From contig NW_024056036.1 of NCBI RefSeq assembly GCF_902713615.1, positions 1 to 64,000 on the forward strand: 64,000 bases of DNA. The letters run 5' to 3'. Both the position numbers and the translations under genes were made by a program. The notes under the pieces were generated by a model that was given only the letters and a program-made list of their open reading frames with translations, did no database searches and was not told the DNA's origin. Shown here piece by piece: positions 12,400 through 24,735 of the stretch (its first letter is position 1; every line of letters begins with the position of its first letter). Source of the stretch: Scyliorhinus canicula (lineage: Eukaryota).

Positions 12400-12960
12400 C
12401 GACAAGATGACAAACACGCATGCGCCCTGATGCACATCCAATAAAGATTGCGGCTGTTAACCCGAGCGAACATGAGGAGCTGTAGCTCAGCTCGGTACAA
12501 ACGGGGTGCGGGAACGCTTTTCCCGAGGTTTGCGACTTACAACAGCTTTACACAACGTTTCCGCCCACCCCCACGATCTCTCGCTTCCTCCATGTTGTGG
12601 AGATGCCTGCGTTGGACTGGGGTGAGCACAGTAAGAAGTCTTACAACACCAGGTTAAAATCCAACAGGTTTGTTTCATAAAACAAATCTGTTGGATTTTA
12701 ACCTGGTGTTGTAAGACTTCTTACTGTGCTCCTCCATGTTGCTTAAACGCCTCTCACCAATTTTGGACCTGAAGACGCTCTTCTCCTTCGCCAATTACCC
12801 CACTCTGCACATGCTTCAATCACAGCGCCCCTCATTCACTCCAATTGGTTGGAGGACCAGCCGCTCCCGGTCGATCCTCCAGTCCCACCCTCCTCTTCCT
12901 ATTGGTCCGGAGCCTGCCGTCAATCACCCGGGCATTGTGACGGTTCCAGATGGTGAGAGC
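12400..12960. promoter_or_regulatory. CpG-rich promoter-like module, paralog of 49540-49980
   Basis: ACGCATGCGC (NRF1-like), CCAAT boxes, degenerate AAGATTGCGGC (YY1-like). Colinear similarity to 49130-49980. Confidence 0.55.
12598..12730. mobile_element. Penelope-terminus fold-back insertion with 11-bp TSD
   Basis: TSD CCTCCATGTTG at 12587-12597 and 12731-12741. Inverted arms of ~50 bp. The site is empty in the paralog at ~49730. Confidence 0.85.
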
Positions 12961-13854
12961 GGCCACAGGCTCAGGCTGACTCGCTGATTGTCCAATAATA
13001 ACAGTGAGAGTCTCAGTGGGACAATCATACAATAATAGTGGAGATGGGGCCCAATGGAGAAACAGCAAAGGATTCACTCATTTTGAGAGTAACAAACACT
13101 GTGTCTGTTCCAATAAGTCATGCTGCAGTGTGTCAGTGAACACATCATTGGATCCAATATAGAATCATAGAATCCCTACAGCGTTGAAGGAGGCCATTTG
13201 GCCCATCGGGTCTGCATCGACCCGCTGAAAGATCACCCTACCTTGGCCAATCCCCACCCTAACCCCATAACCCTACCCAGGGACAATTTATCACAGCCAA
13301 TCCACCTAACCTGCGCATCGTTGGACTGTGGGAGGAAATCTTCGCAGCCACAGGAAGAATGTGCAAACTCCACACAGACAGTGACCCAAGGTCGGAATCA
13401 AACCCAGATACCTGGTGCTTGAGGCAACAGTGCTAACTACCGAGCCACCCCCGTAACTCTGTCATGATTAGACAATAACCTGCCTGTTATTCCAATTCTG
13501 GTGTATGTTACTCAGTCACTATTATTATTAGACAACAACCTATCTGATATTCCAATTCTGGTGTGTGTTGCTCTGTTAATGTTATCATTAGACAATAATA
13601 GGAGGGCAAGATAAAGGTAGCAATGATATTTTGAAGTTTCTGGGTTACAATGAGTGTCACTGGGAGATGTGTGATAAAATAGGAATGGAGATATCATGAC
13701 AAAGAATGGTTAGCACTGCCGCCTCACAGTGCTGAGGACCCAGATTCGATGCTGGCCCCGGGTCACTGCCAAGTGGAGTTTGCACATTCCTCCTCATGTC
13801 TTCGTGGGTCTCACCCCCACAACCCAAAGATGTGCAGACTCGGTGGATTGGCCA

Positions 13855-14738
13855 CTCTTTTGAGGTCCACCAACAAATAGAACAAAGGAAACAAACTTAG
13901 GGACAAAGCAAAAAAGGCCGCTCCAGTTAGAGGCACTGCCCCGAACGTAACAAAGATCAACAGAAACTTAAAAACATCTAATGGGAGTGTATTTAAAGGA
14001 GTCAATAAAGGCACCCCAACCCTGCGGTGCCCACCGGGCATGGAAGCTTTGATGGTGCCCATGGACCCGCCTGCTCCCTTTCTAGGGACACCCAAATGCA
14101 AATGTAGCCGTGGAAAAGGGGCAAAACAGTTTGGACCTATAAATGAGGAACTTCGCCAGGCCCAGAGCAGGTTCACAAGGAGGTAAGTGGCGCTGGTTCG
14201 CTGATGGTCTTTGGCCCAAGTAGGACTCGGCAAAAACACAGTCCGTTGCTCCCACCCTGGAACAACCACCCAATGAAATCCACCTCCTCCCTGCTGGTGT
14301 GTGGAGCCTTCAGTCCGGGAGGGGGCTCAGCAAACACACTGTCTACTCGATCCCCCTGACCCGGAACAAGCACACCGGATCGAATAAGGAAGGTTTTGTC
14401 CTTGCTGAAGGCAGATGTTATCAGTTGGGAGGACTGGGCCGGGCCCTCGGCCCAGCAAACAAGTAGTCCAAAGGGCTTTACTCCCACCTTGTTTTTGAAG
14501 TTGTCTCCTTGTTGTTGTCCTTCTCTCCCCTCTCCTTCCTTCTCTCACCACTCCTTCCTCCAGGCAGCTCAGCAGCAACCAGCACCGGAAACAGGCAGCA
14601 AACTGAGCAACAGCAGCAACAACAGAGAGTGAGAGAGAACAGCAACAGAGAAAGAGAGAGAGCAGCAACAGCAGCAGCCACTCTCCACAACAGCAACATC
14701 CTCACAACACCAAAGTCTGCACTGGGAGTGCCAGCTTC
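13855..14738 (-). mobile_element. Tx1-like LINE derivative nested in an HE1 SINE
   Basis: 10-bp TSD GGATTGGCCA at 13845-13854 and 14739-14748. Frameshifted LLVNLL-LGLAKFLIYRS C-terminal peptide. The host SINE halves are 13705-13854 and 14739-14810. Confidence 0.65.
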
Positions 14739-15879
14739 GGATTGGCCATGCTAAATTGCCCCTTAATTGGAAACAAATAATTGGGTACTCTAAATTCATA
14801 ATACAAAATAATAATAATACTCACCTCTTGTCACAATTTTGGTGTTTTCAAGTTTACAATCTGCTGCAACCTTCGGCTGGAAAGATCAGAAGCTTTGGAA
14901 GCACCTGTAAAAAGAAATTACACTGGTCAGAAATGTTAGTTGAGGTTAGAAATTAAGATCAGACAAACCTTTATCTTGGTTTGAGTTTGCTGGGTGTAAA
15001 TCCTCCCCTTCTAACCCCCGGTAAAAGGAGTTTCCAAAATCCATCACTCTTCAAGTCCAGGATAGAAGGTCCAAACATTCTTTCCCCTTGTTGCCAGTCC
15101 CAGGATTACTTAATGAGGGTTTTACTTGCTTTGGAGGCAGTTCAGTGACGTTTCATTAGTCTGATTCCTGGGATGCGAGTTTGTTTTATGGAGCAAGATT
15201 GAGCCTGTTTGGTCTGTACCCGATGGAGTTTAGAAGAATGAGAGGTGATCTTATGGAAACGTCTAAGATTCTGAGGGGTTTTGATAAAAGAATATTTTCC
15301 CACGTGGGGTTCAAGAACTAAGGGGGACAGTTTAAAGATAAGAGTTCTCCAATTTGACACTGAGGTGAGGAGAAATGTCTTCCCTCAGAGGGTCATCAGT
15401 ATGTGGATAAAGTAAATTGCTGCGGATGCTGGAATCTGGAACAAAAACAGAAAATACTGGACAATCTCAGCAGGTCTGACAGTATCTGTGGGAGAAAAGG
15501 GAGTTAATGTTTTGAGTCTGGATGACTCTTTGTCAAAGCTGAGTTTCTGGAATTCTCTTTCCCAGAGAGTAGTGGCGCTGGGTCACTGAATATACTCAAA
15601 GCTGAGTTAGTCTTTTTTTTATCTACTGGGGAGTCAAAGGTTTTTTGGGGAAGGCAGGAAAATGTGATTAAGGGTACATGCGGATCAGCCATGCCTTTAT
15701 TGAATTGCAGAGCAGGGTCAATAGGCCACATGGCCGTTCCCTGCTGCTAATTCTGATGTTATTATTCTTCTGTTCTTCGGATTGCCATACATGGCAAGAG
15801 CACCGTTCCCCTCTGGAGGGGCCTGTCAATCATCCAGACAATGATTTTCTCTCCTGGTCACAGGGATGCTGAAGCACCG

Positions 15880-16280
15880 CCTCTGTTACGTCATCAAGAT
15901 GGCCTCTCAGCCGCGCCGCTAAACAAAGATGGCGGCCGTGGAACTGGGCCTGATACCGGATAAAGGCTCCGCAGCTGCAAACGCGGGATTTGCAGGGTCT
16001 GAAACCGGCCTCGTGAGCAGTAGGGGGTGTTTATGAAGCCTTCACTCCCTCCCCGCCCCGACTCCCGGCTCCATTCCTCCCTCCGCCTCACCGACTCTCA
16101 CCGCCCCAAACATCCGCTCCCGCATTCGCAGACCTCCGAGCAAAGTGACACTGCGCATGCTCCAGGTACAACCCAGCATTGCGTCTGCGCACTGGGCTCC
16201 TGTGGAGTGAATAGGGCACTTTCACAGCCGCAGGGAACGTTGGGTAAGAGTCGCACCATTGAAACTGCAAGAGTAAAATA
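15880..16280. promoter_or_regulatory. CpG-rich promoter-like module, paralog of 33990-34400
   Basis: AAGATGGCGGCC (YY1) at ~15925 and TGCGCATGC (NRF1-like). Shares GGTGTTTATGAAG..CTCCATTCCTCCCTCCGCC..AAAGTGACACTGCGCATGCTCCAG with ~34150-34310. Confidence 0.55.
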
Positions 16281-18416
16281 AAATAACTTGGTTACCGATT
16301 GATAAACATAATCAAGCAAATTATTGTCAATGGGTATTCTGCTATTCTCCATTTCTCGAAATGATTGAATGCTGCTCTCCTGTGGAAAAATGCAGATCTT
16401 AAGGTGCTTTTTCCCCATGGGTGCTTCCTCTCTCCTCCCCAGAAGATGCAAACAGTTGCTGGGTTCAATCCCGGAATCAATAATTCCTCCATCTTCTTCC
16501 CTCTTACTCGTGATACTGAATGTTCAATGTTTTCTAGAATGATCCAGCACAGATGGAAGTCACTGGGCACATCATGTCTGCACGGACTCTGGACAAGAGC
16601 TACCACTTTTCCTGGTTAAATTCCATTTGCCACTGTACTGCCCTATCAAACTGCATCATTGGGGCATCATTGGGGTGGCACGGTAGCACAGTGGTTAGCA
16701 CGGTTGCCTCACAACGCCAGGGTTCCGGGTTCGATTCCCGCTTGGGTTACCATCTGTGCAGCGTCTGCACATTCTCCCTGAAAGACTTGCTTGTTAGGTG
16801 AATTGGTCATTCTGAATTCACACGAACAGGCGGTGGAGTGTGGTGACTCAGGAATTTTCACAGTAACTTCATGGCAGTGATAATGTAAGCCTACTTGTGA
16901 CAATAATAAAGATTATTATTATTATATTTGAATTCCAACACCTCAATGAAGAGGCAGAGAGTGGTAGAGAGGGATCTCTGCCAAACATCTGCGGGTCGAG
17001 AAACACCTTCTCCAATCGCAGAAAGACCACAAGAGAAAACATATGACCCTGAGTAGCTGTCATCCTCGAAACGAGGAACAACTGACAACCGAACAACAGA
17101 GGAGGAGCAGGTCATGAGGGTGTGACAGTCAATGTAACTTTCTGCATTTGAGCGGTTCAGCTGGAATTCCATCCTTGCCAGGTTGGTTCTGATTTCTCAA
17201 CAATCAATAGCCTTTCCCAGTTCAAGTGATGAGGATTCCTTGTCCAACTCAATCATGATAGGAAGTTGCAGGAGAGTCAAACAGAGACCGCGAGGTGTCC
17301 GTCTCACAGGGGTACAGCTCACAGTCGTGTTCAACCCAGCAGGACATCTTCACATCTGGTGGTGAGAACTTCACCATACTCCATAATCAGGGTGGCCTGG
17401 TGGTGCAGTGGTTATCACTGCTGCCTCACGGCGCTGAGGTCCCTGGTTCGATCTCGGCTCCAGTTAGATCCCAGCTCCGGTTCCTGTCCGTGAGAGTTTG
17501 CACATTCTCCCCGTTTGTCTTGGTTTCGCTCCCACAACCCAAAAATGTGCAGGGTAGCTGGATTGGCTTAGCTAAATTGCCCCTTAATTGGATAAAATGT
17601 ATTGGGTACTCTAAAAAAAATTTAAATCCATAATCAAAGGCAGTTCAGACTTCTTGTCAAAAGCAAATTACTGTGGATGCTGGAATCTGAAACCAAAATA
17701 AATATGAAACTATCTTTGGTTTCAGATTCCTTGACGCAGGCTGCTCCAGTGTTTATTTGCACAGCATCTCCATCTTTTACACAATGGTCTTGGCAATGTT
17801 CAAGTCCCAAGTGATGCACTGTTCTAGCTCTTGGGTTTATGTTGGACATCGGGTCGGCTTTGGTTTTTGCTTCAACGACAGATGTCATCTCTGCTGAGTG
17901 GGTCTCAAACAAGTCTTTGTTGTGGGTTCCACCTTTACCAAATTTTGCTGCTGCTGTGTCAGAAATGATTCAACTCAGTGACTTCCAAACTTCATCAGTA
18001 ACAATGTAGATTGATTAAGTTTTTATTCATGAGCCTGTGAAATACTTTAAAGTTTCATTTCATGTTGATAATTTAATTTTATAATGGTGGTGTCACAGTG
18101 AAGCATGTGTAAGTCAGAAAGAATTGTCAGCAAGGATTAATCAGCATTTTCCACTTGGAGATCAGTTAAATGTTTCAGAAACTGAATTATATATTTTGCA
18201 CCAAAAACTATTTAAGATTAAAGTAAAAGTTCATAACGCTATTGCAAGTGAGTTCCTGGGAAAGATCTTGAATAAAGAGGAAAGAAGTTTTAAAAAAGAG
18301 ACACTGCAGCCCCAAAAATCAGTGACGAATCCAGAATATTAAACTGCAGCCAGTTATAGGGATTGTTGACGTCAGCAGACATAACCAAATATTGTAAGAC
18401 TATCAATCTATCAATA

Positions 18417-18760
18417 GGGGCAGCACGGTAGCATTGTGGATAGCACAATCGCTTCACAGCTCCAGGGTCCCAGGTTCGATTCCGGCTTGGGTCACTGTCT
18501 GTGCGGAGTCTGCACATCCTCCCCGTGTGTGCGTGGGTTTCCTCCGGGTGCTCTGGTTTCCTCCCACAATCCAAAGATATGCAGGTTAGGTGAATTCGCC
18601 ATGCTAAATTGCCCTTAGTGTCCAAAATTGCTCTTAGTGTTGGATTGGGTTATGGGGATAGGGTGGAGGTGTTGCCCTTGGCTAGGGTGCTCTTTCCAAG
18701 AGCCGGTGCAGACTCGATGGGCCGAATGGCCTCCTTCTGCACTGTAAATTCTATGAAATT
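18417..18760 (+). mobile_element. Full-length HE1/V-SINE
   Basis: GGGGCAGCACGGTAGC head through to a TTCTATGAAA tandem tail. Confidence 0.9.
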
Positions 18761-18819
18761 CTATGAAATCTTTTATGTGATTAACAGCAGCAATAACAGC
18801 AGAATCCCGTCTCATCAGT

Positions 18820-19325
18820 CACTGAAGAATCTGTTGATGTGTCAAGAGGTTAAGTGACTGAGAGTATCTCTTCTCACATACAGAGCAGATGAACGGTCTT
18901 TCCCCAGTATGATTACGTTGGTGTGCAATGACAATGGATGAGAATGGATGACTGCCTGAAATTCTTCCCACAATGAGTACAAGTAAGTGGATTCTCCGCT
19001 GTGTGTATTTGCTTGTGTGTCAGAAAGCTGGATGAATGAATGAATCCCTTCCCACACAGAGAGCAAGTGAACAGTCTTTCCCCAGTCTGAACATGTTGGT
19101 GTACCTTGAGGTTAGATGACCGCCTGAACCTCTTTTCACAGTGGGTGCAGCTGAATGGCCTCTCCTCAGTGCGACTGTGTTGATGATTTTCCAGCTTAGA
19201 TGCACATTGAACCATTTCGCCCAGTCCTCACATTTCCACACTTTCTCCATGGTGCCGGTGTCCTTGTGTCTCTCCAAGTTGGATGATCAGTTGAAGCCTC
19301 GACCACACAGAACACATACACGGTG
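18820..19325 (-). pseudogene. Degenerate C2H2 ZNF pseudogene truncated by a CR1 insertion
   Basis: [29 protein letters not shown] fingers with frameshifts and stops. Confidence 0.85.
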
Positions 19326-20990
19326 CAGGGGAGGGCAATGTACAGGAGAGCGAAAGACATAGGGGACTGTATAGGAAGGGGCACAGATAGGCGCTTCTGT
19401 GGACAGGAAAGAGACTCCAGGATGGTATGTTGCCTCCCTGGTGCCAGGATCCAGGATGTCTCTGACCGATACAGGACATCCTGAAGGGGGACGGAAAACA
19501 GCCACTGGGATCTCTTCCGGGGCAGGTGTGACCTGCACAAGAAGGATGTGTTGCATCTAAATTGGAGAGGTACCAATATCCTGGCTGGGAGATTTGCTGG
19601 AGTCACTCGGGAGGATTTAGAAGAGTATGGCAGGGGGGTGGGAACCAGAGCGATAGCGTAGAAGGTGTAATAACTATGGGGAATCGGAGAACAAAAATAA
19701 GAGAACAACATCACCCTGTCTGCTCCAACATAGTGGTTTGAAGAGTACTTGTTTCAATGCCAGAAGTATAGCGGGGAGGCAGATGAACTTAGAGCACTTA
19801 TTAGTACTTGGAATTACGATGTTGTAGCTATCACAGAAATATGTGTAAAGGAAGGGTAGGATTTTCAGCTGAACATTGGAGGATATAGATGCTTCAGGAG
19901 AGATAGAGAGGGATGTAAAAGGGGTGGGGGAGTAGCATTACTGGTTAAGGAGAATATTATTATATTATGAGGGGAAATATACCGTAAATGGCAAAACTCC
20001 TGGGAATATAGAAAGTCAGAGTTCTCTGTGTTGCATGTGCACAGATCTTTGAAGTTGGCATCACAAATGGATAAGATAGTCAAGAAAGCAGACAGAATGC
20101 TTGCCTTCCTTGGACGGGGCATCAAGTATAAAAACTGGCAAGTCATGCTGCAGTTGTATAGAACCTTGTCAAGGCCACACTTGGAATATTGTCCACAAAT
20201 CTGGTCGCCACAGTACCAGAAGGATGTGGAGGCTTTGGAGAGGGTGCAGTGGAGGTTTACCAGGATGTTGCCCAGTCTGGAGTGTGTTAGCTATGTGGAG
20301 AGACTGAATAGACTCGGACTGTTTTCGTCAGAAAGACGGAAGATGAGGGGGGACCTGATCGAGGTCGACAAGATTATTTTCTTTTTTTTTTTTACTTTTT
20401 TTTTCTTTATAAATTTAGAGTACCCAATTAATTTTTTTCCAATTAAGGGGCAATTTAGCGTGTTCAATCCACCTACCTTGCACATCTTTCGGTTGTGGGG
20501 GCGAAACCCACGCAAACATGGGGAGAATGTGCAAACTCCACACGGACAGTGACCCAGAGCTGGTATCGAACCTGGGACCTCAGCGCCGTGAGACGGCAGT
20601 GCTGACCTACTGAGCCACCGTGCTGCCCAGAGGTCGACAATATTATGAGGGGCATGGATAGAATGGATGGGCAGGTACTCTTTCCTACCATGGAGGGGCC
20701 AGTAGACAGGGGGCATAGGTTTAAGGTCCCTGGTGAAAAGTTTAGACATGTGCGAGGCAGGTTTTTCTATGCAGAGGGTGGTGAGTGCCTGGAATGCATT
20801 GCCAGGGGAGGTTGTGGAAGCAGATACGTTAACGGCATTCAAAAGGCATCTTGACAAACACATGGATAGGATGGGGATAGGGATACGTCACAAGTAAGTG
20901 CTGAGGGTTTTGGCAAAGGTTGGTATCATGACCAGTACAGGCTTGGAGGGCCGAAGGGCCTGTTCCTGTGCTGTATTGTTTTTTGTTCAA
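19325..20990 (+). mobile_element. CR1 LINE remnant: ORF1 SGNH/esterase piece, ORF2 endonuclease start and 3' end, with an HE1 SINE inserted at 20375-20629
   Basis: IGDxIxRGTDRRFCG..MVCCLPGARI and FNARSI..YDVVAITE motifs. The SINE TSD GAGGTCGACAA is at 20361-20371 and 20630-20640. Confidence 0.8.
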
Positions 20991-21089
20991 AGACACAGTT
21001 CAATGTGTGAGAAATAGTTCACGTGTTCGGAATGTGGATGACGTTGTAACCGATGGTCTAACCTTTCGAACAATATGTCATCATGCTGG

Positions 21090-21235
21090 AAGAAACCTTA
21101 GAAATCTGGGGATTGTGGAATAGATTTAATCAGACCGGGAGATTCATCGACCTGTTCACACTGAGGAGTGACCGTCAATGTTCTCCGTGTGTGTGAAGGG
21201 ATTCACTCAGTTCACCAGCCTCACTTCATCATAGT
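21090..21235 (+). pseudogene. Highly degenerate plus-strand ZNF relic (about two fingers)
   Basis: GGAGATTCATCGAC..CACACTG..GAAGGGATTCACTCAG matches finger/linker DNA of the intact ZNF genes. Confidence 0.55.
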
Positions 21236-21617
21236 CAATCTGTACAGGACTGATACCAAGTGCAATGTATCTTTCCTGAAGTTTGGTGGCCAGTACGGAA
21301 CACAGTTCATGCAGCAAGTGAGGAAAAGACAGCAGGAATATCTCTAATCTGTGATTTACAAGGGCACATTCTCCGGTTCCCAGCAGTTACGTTTCTTCAG
21401 CAATTTCCTCATTTTCCCCAAAACTACCCAGTCTGTTAATTCTATTATTTCTGATAATTCCATTACTGCAGCTATAAACATCACACATTAGAATTTAATC
21501 TGTACCATTATTTACTCTGGTTTAAATTTATGTTGAGGTTAATAACAGACAAATTCTGTCCTCTCCCCGATCCGATTAGCGTTTCCAATGAGTGGATTCT
21601 GTGGAATGGAATGTCTG

Positions 21618-21740
21618 ATCAGCGTTTCCACGGTGACCTGTCTGCAGTGAAGGACTGTCTTATCAGCGTTTCCATGGTTACCTGTCTGCAGTGAAGGAAT
21701 GTCTTATCAGCGTTTCCATGGTGACCTGTCTGCAGTGAAG
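21618..21740. repeat. 44-bp tandem repeat, about 3 copies
   Basis: Unit ATCAGCGTTTCCAYGGTGACCTGTCTGCAGTGAAGGAMTGTCTT. Confidence 0.9.
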
Positions 21741-22719
21741 CGCCTACTTGAGTTTCTAACTCAGACTAAACTTCTCTCTCCCACAACACACATCATATCA
21801 GACATTGGATGTCAATATATTTCAGCCATGTTATGTTAATGTCTCCAAAACCCTAAAAGGAGTTCAGATACACAAATGTTTAAATGTGGGAGGACAAGTT
21901 GATAAAGTGTTTAAAAAACACATGGGATCCAAGGTTTAATAATTCTGGGTGTGGAGTACAAAAGGACAGAGGTCATGTAAACCTGGACAAATCATTGGTT
22001 GGGCTGCAGTTGGAATATTTGATCAGGTTTTGGGGATCTTACACCAGGAAGGATGTCAAGGCCATGGAGAGGGTGTAGAAGAGATTCACAGAGCTGATCC
22101 CAGGGAAGAGAGGCTTTAGTTACCAGGAGGGATTAGAGAAACTGGGGCTCTTTTCATTCGAACAGAGGCTGACTGGAGATCAGAGGGAGGGGGTTTTGAT
22201 TCCGCCCTTGGGTGACTGTGTTGAGTTTGCACTTTCTCCCCGTGTCTGCGTGGGTTCCTTCCGGGTGCTCCAGTTTCCTCCCACACTCCAAAGACGCGCA
22301 GCCTTGGTGGATTGGCCATTCTAAAAGATTTCCCCTGAGTGTCCAAAGGTTAGGTGGGTTTCTGGGGATCGGGTAGAGGAGTGGTCCTGAGTGGGGTGCC
22401 GTATTGGAGGGTCGATGCAAACTTGATGGGCCGAATGGCCTCGTTCTGCACTGAAGGGATTCGATGGAACAGAAAAAGGTTCACATGAAATATCAATCAG
22501 ACTGTACAACAATGTTCAGGACTCTCACTGGCCCGCGTGGGGTGGGGTGGGGGGGAGGGTGCGGTGTGTGTGTGGTGGTTGGGGGGGGGGGGGGGGCAAT
22601 GGAAGAACTGGTGATGGTTTCTCTTATCTCTGAATGAAATGTTATTTTTTAAGTGATGGGTGTCTGTACTGGAAAATCTGAGTACCAAGTGCCGATTTGA
22701 ACCATTCTCCAATCAGTTA

Positions 22720-23055
22720 CAGCACAGCTCCCTCTACATTGCCCCATGAAACACTCCCAAGGCTGATACAAAATGGTGTTAGATGCAGAGTAAATCTCCC
22801 TCCATACTGTCCTCATCAAACACTCCCACAATAGGTACAGTACAAGTTTGGATACAATGTATATCCTCCTCTGCACTGTCCCCATCAAACACTCCCAGGA
22901 CAGGTACAGCACAGGGTTAGACACAGAAGATATCCCTTTGTACATTGTCCCAGTCAAACACTCCCAGGACAGATACAGCACGGGGTTAGATACTGAGTAA
23001 AGCTCCAGTTACACTCTTATAATCAAACACTGCCAGGTGCAGATACACAGGCAGG
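22720..23055. repeat. ~69-bp degenerate tandem repeat, about 5 copies
   Basis: Recurrent ATCAAACACTCCCAGGACAGGTACAGCACGGGGTTAGATAC. Confidence 0.8.
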
Positions 23056-23059
23056 TTAG

Positions 23060-24735
23060 CAAAACCATCCCTGATGCCAAGGCTTGGAGAGACAGGATGG
23101 AAGGTTTGGGAAGCTGGGACTATTAAAATTTGGTTTTTGGATCGCAGATTACCCACAAAGTGGAGTGGGGGAATGGGGTTAGATCCAGCTTAAAGCACAT
23201 CAAGGTAGATGAATCCCCAGAAACTGATGAATTATATCCCAGGACGTTGTGGGAGGCTAGGAGGAGGCAGGGGGGGGGGGCTCCCCAGCAGAGATATTTG
23301 AATCGTCGACAGCCACAGGTGAGATGTCTGAAGATTGGAGGGTAACAAATGTTGTGCCTTTGTTTAAGGAAGGCCGCAGGGAAAAGCCTGGGAACTACAG
23401 ACCGGTGAACCTAACATCCATGGTGGATAAGTTGTTAGAAGGTATTCTGAGAAACAGGATCTACAGGCATTTAGAGAGGCAATGACTGATTAGGGACAGT
23501 CAGCACGGCTTTGAGAGTAGAAAATCATGTCTCACAAATTTGGTTGAGTTTTTTAAATAGGTAACCAACAAGGTAGATGAGGGCAGTGCAGTCGATGTTG
23601 TCGACATGGACTTCAACAAGGCGTTTGTCAAGATACCGCATGGTAGGTTGCTGCATAAGGTTAAATCTCACGGGATCCAGGATGAGGTTGCCAATTGGAT
23701 ACAAAACTGGCTTAACGACAGAAGAGAAAGAGCGGTTGTAGAGGGTTGTCTTTCAAACTGGAGGCTGGTGACCAGCGGTGTTCCTCAGGGATCAGTGCTG
23801 GGTCCAATATTATTTGTTGTTTATATTAATGCTTTGGATGAGAATGTAGGAGGCATTGTTAGTAAGTTTACAAATGACACCAAGATTGGTGGCATAATGA
23901 CCAGTGAAGGTTATTTAGGATTGCAACAGAACTCGATCAATTGGGCCAGTGGGCCGATGAATGGCAGATGGGAGTTTAATTTTGATAAGTGTGAGGTGAT
24001 AATCGGGGCAGGACCTACTCAGTTAATGGTAGAACAAAGAGATCTAGGAGTAAAGGTTCATAGCTTCTTGAAAATGGAGTCACAGGTGGACAGGGTGATG
24101 AAGAAGGCATTCGGCATACTTGGTTTCATTAGTCAGAGCATTGAATACAGGAGTTGGGACGTCTTGCTGAAGTTGTATAATACATTAATAAGACCACACT
24201 TGGAATACTGTGTATAGTTCTGGTCCTCTTATAGAAAGGATATTATTAAACTAGAAAGAGTGCAGAAAAGATTTACTTGTATGTGACCAGGACTTGATGG
24301 TTTGGGTTGAGAGGCTGGATAGACTGGGACCTTTTTCCCTGGAGTGCAGGAGGATTCGGGTGATCTTATGGAGGTCTGTAAAATAATGAGGGGCACAGAT
24401 AAGGTAGATAGTCAACATCTTTTCCCAAAGGTAGAGGAGTCTAGAACGAGAGGGCATAGGTTTGAGGTGAGAGATATAAAAGGGTCCAGAGGGGCATTTT
24501 GTTCACACAGAGGGTGGTGAGTGTCTGGAACAAGCTGCCAGATGCAGTAATAGAGGTGGGTACAACGTTGCTTTTAAAAAGCATTTCAACAGTTATACGT
24601 ATGGGAAAGCTGGGTACAGATGGTTATGGGCGAAATGCGGGAAATTGGGACTAGCTTAGTGGTAAAAACCGGGCGGTAGGGACAAGTTGGGCCTGTTTTC
24701 ATGCTGTAAACCTCTATGACTCTATCCAACTGCAG
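23060..24735 (+). mobile_element. CR1 LINE RT and 3' end
   Basis: MDFNKAFVKIPH, GVPQGSVLGPILF and RPHLEYCV motifs; CTATGACTCTAT tail. Confidence 0.9.

Noticed and set aside
14327-14799. PolyQ or Cys-rich ORFs
   Set aside because: A CAG/GA microsatellite inside the Tx1-like insert.
18124-18342. 72-aa AT-rich ORF, possibly a DNA-transposon fragment
   Set aside because: No recognisable motif or terminal repeats; it needs a BLAST or HMM search.
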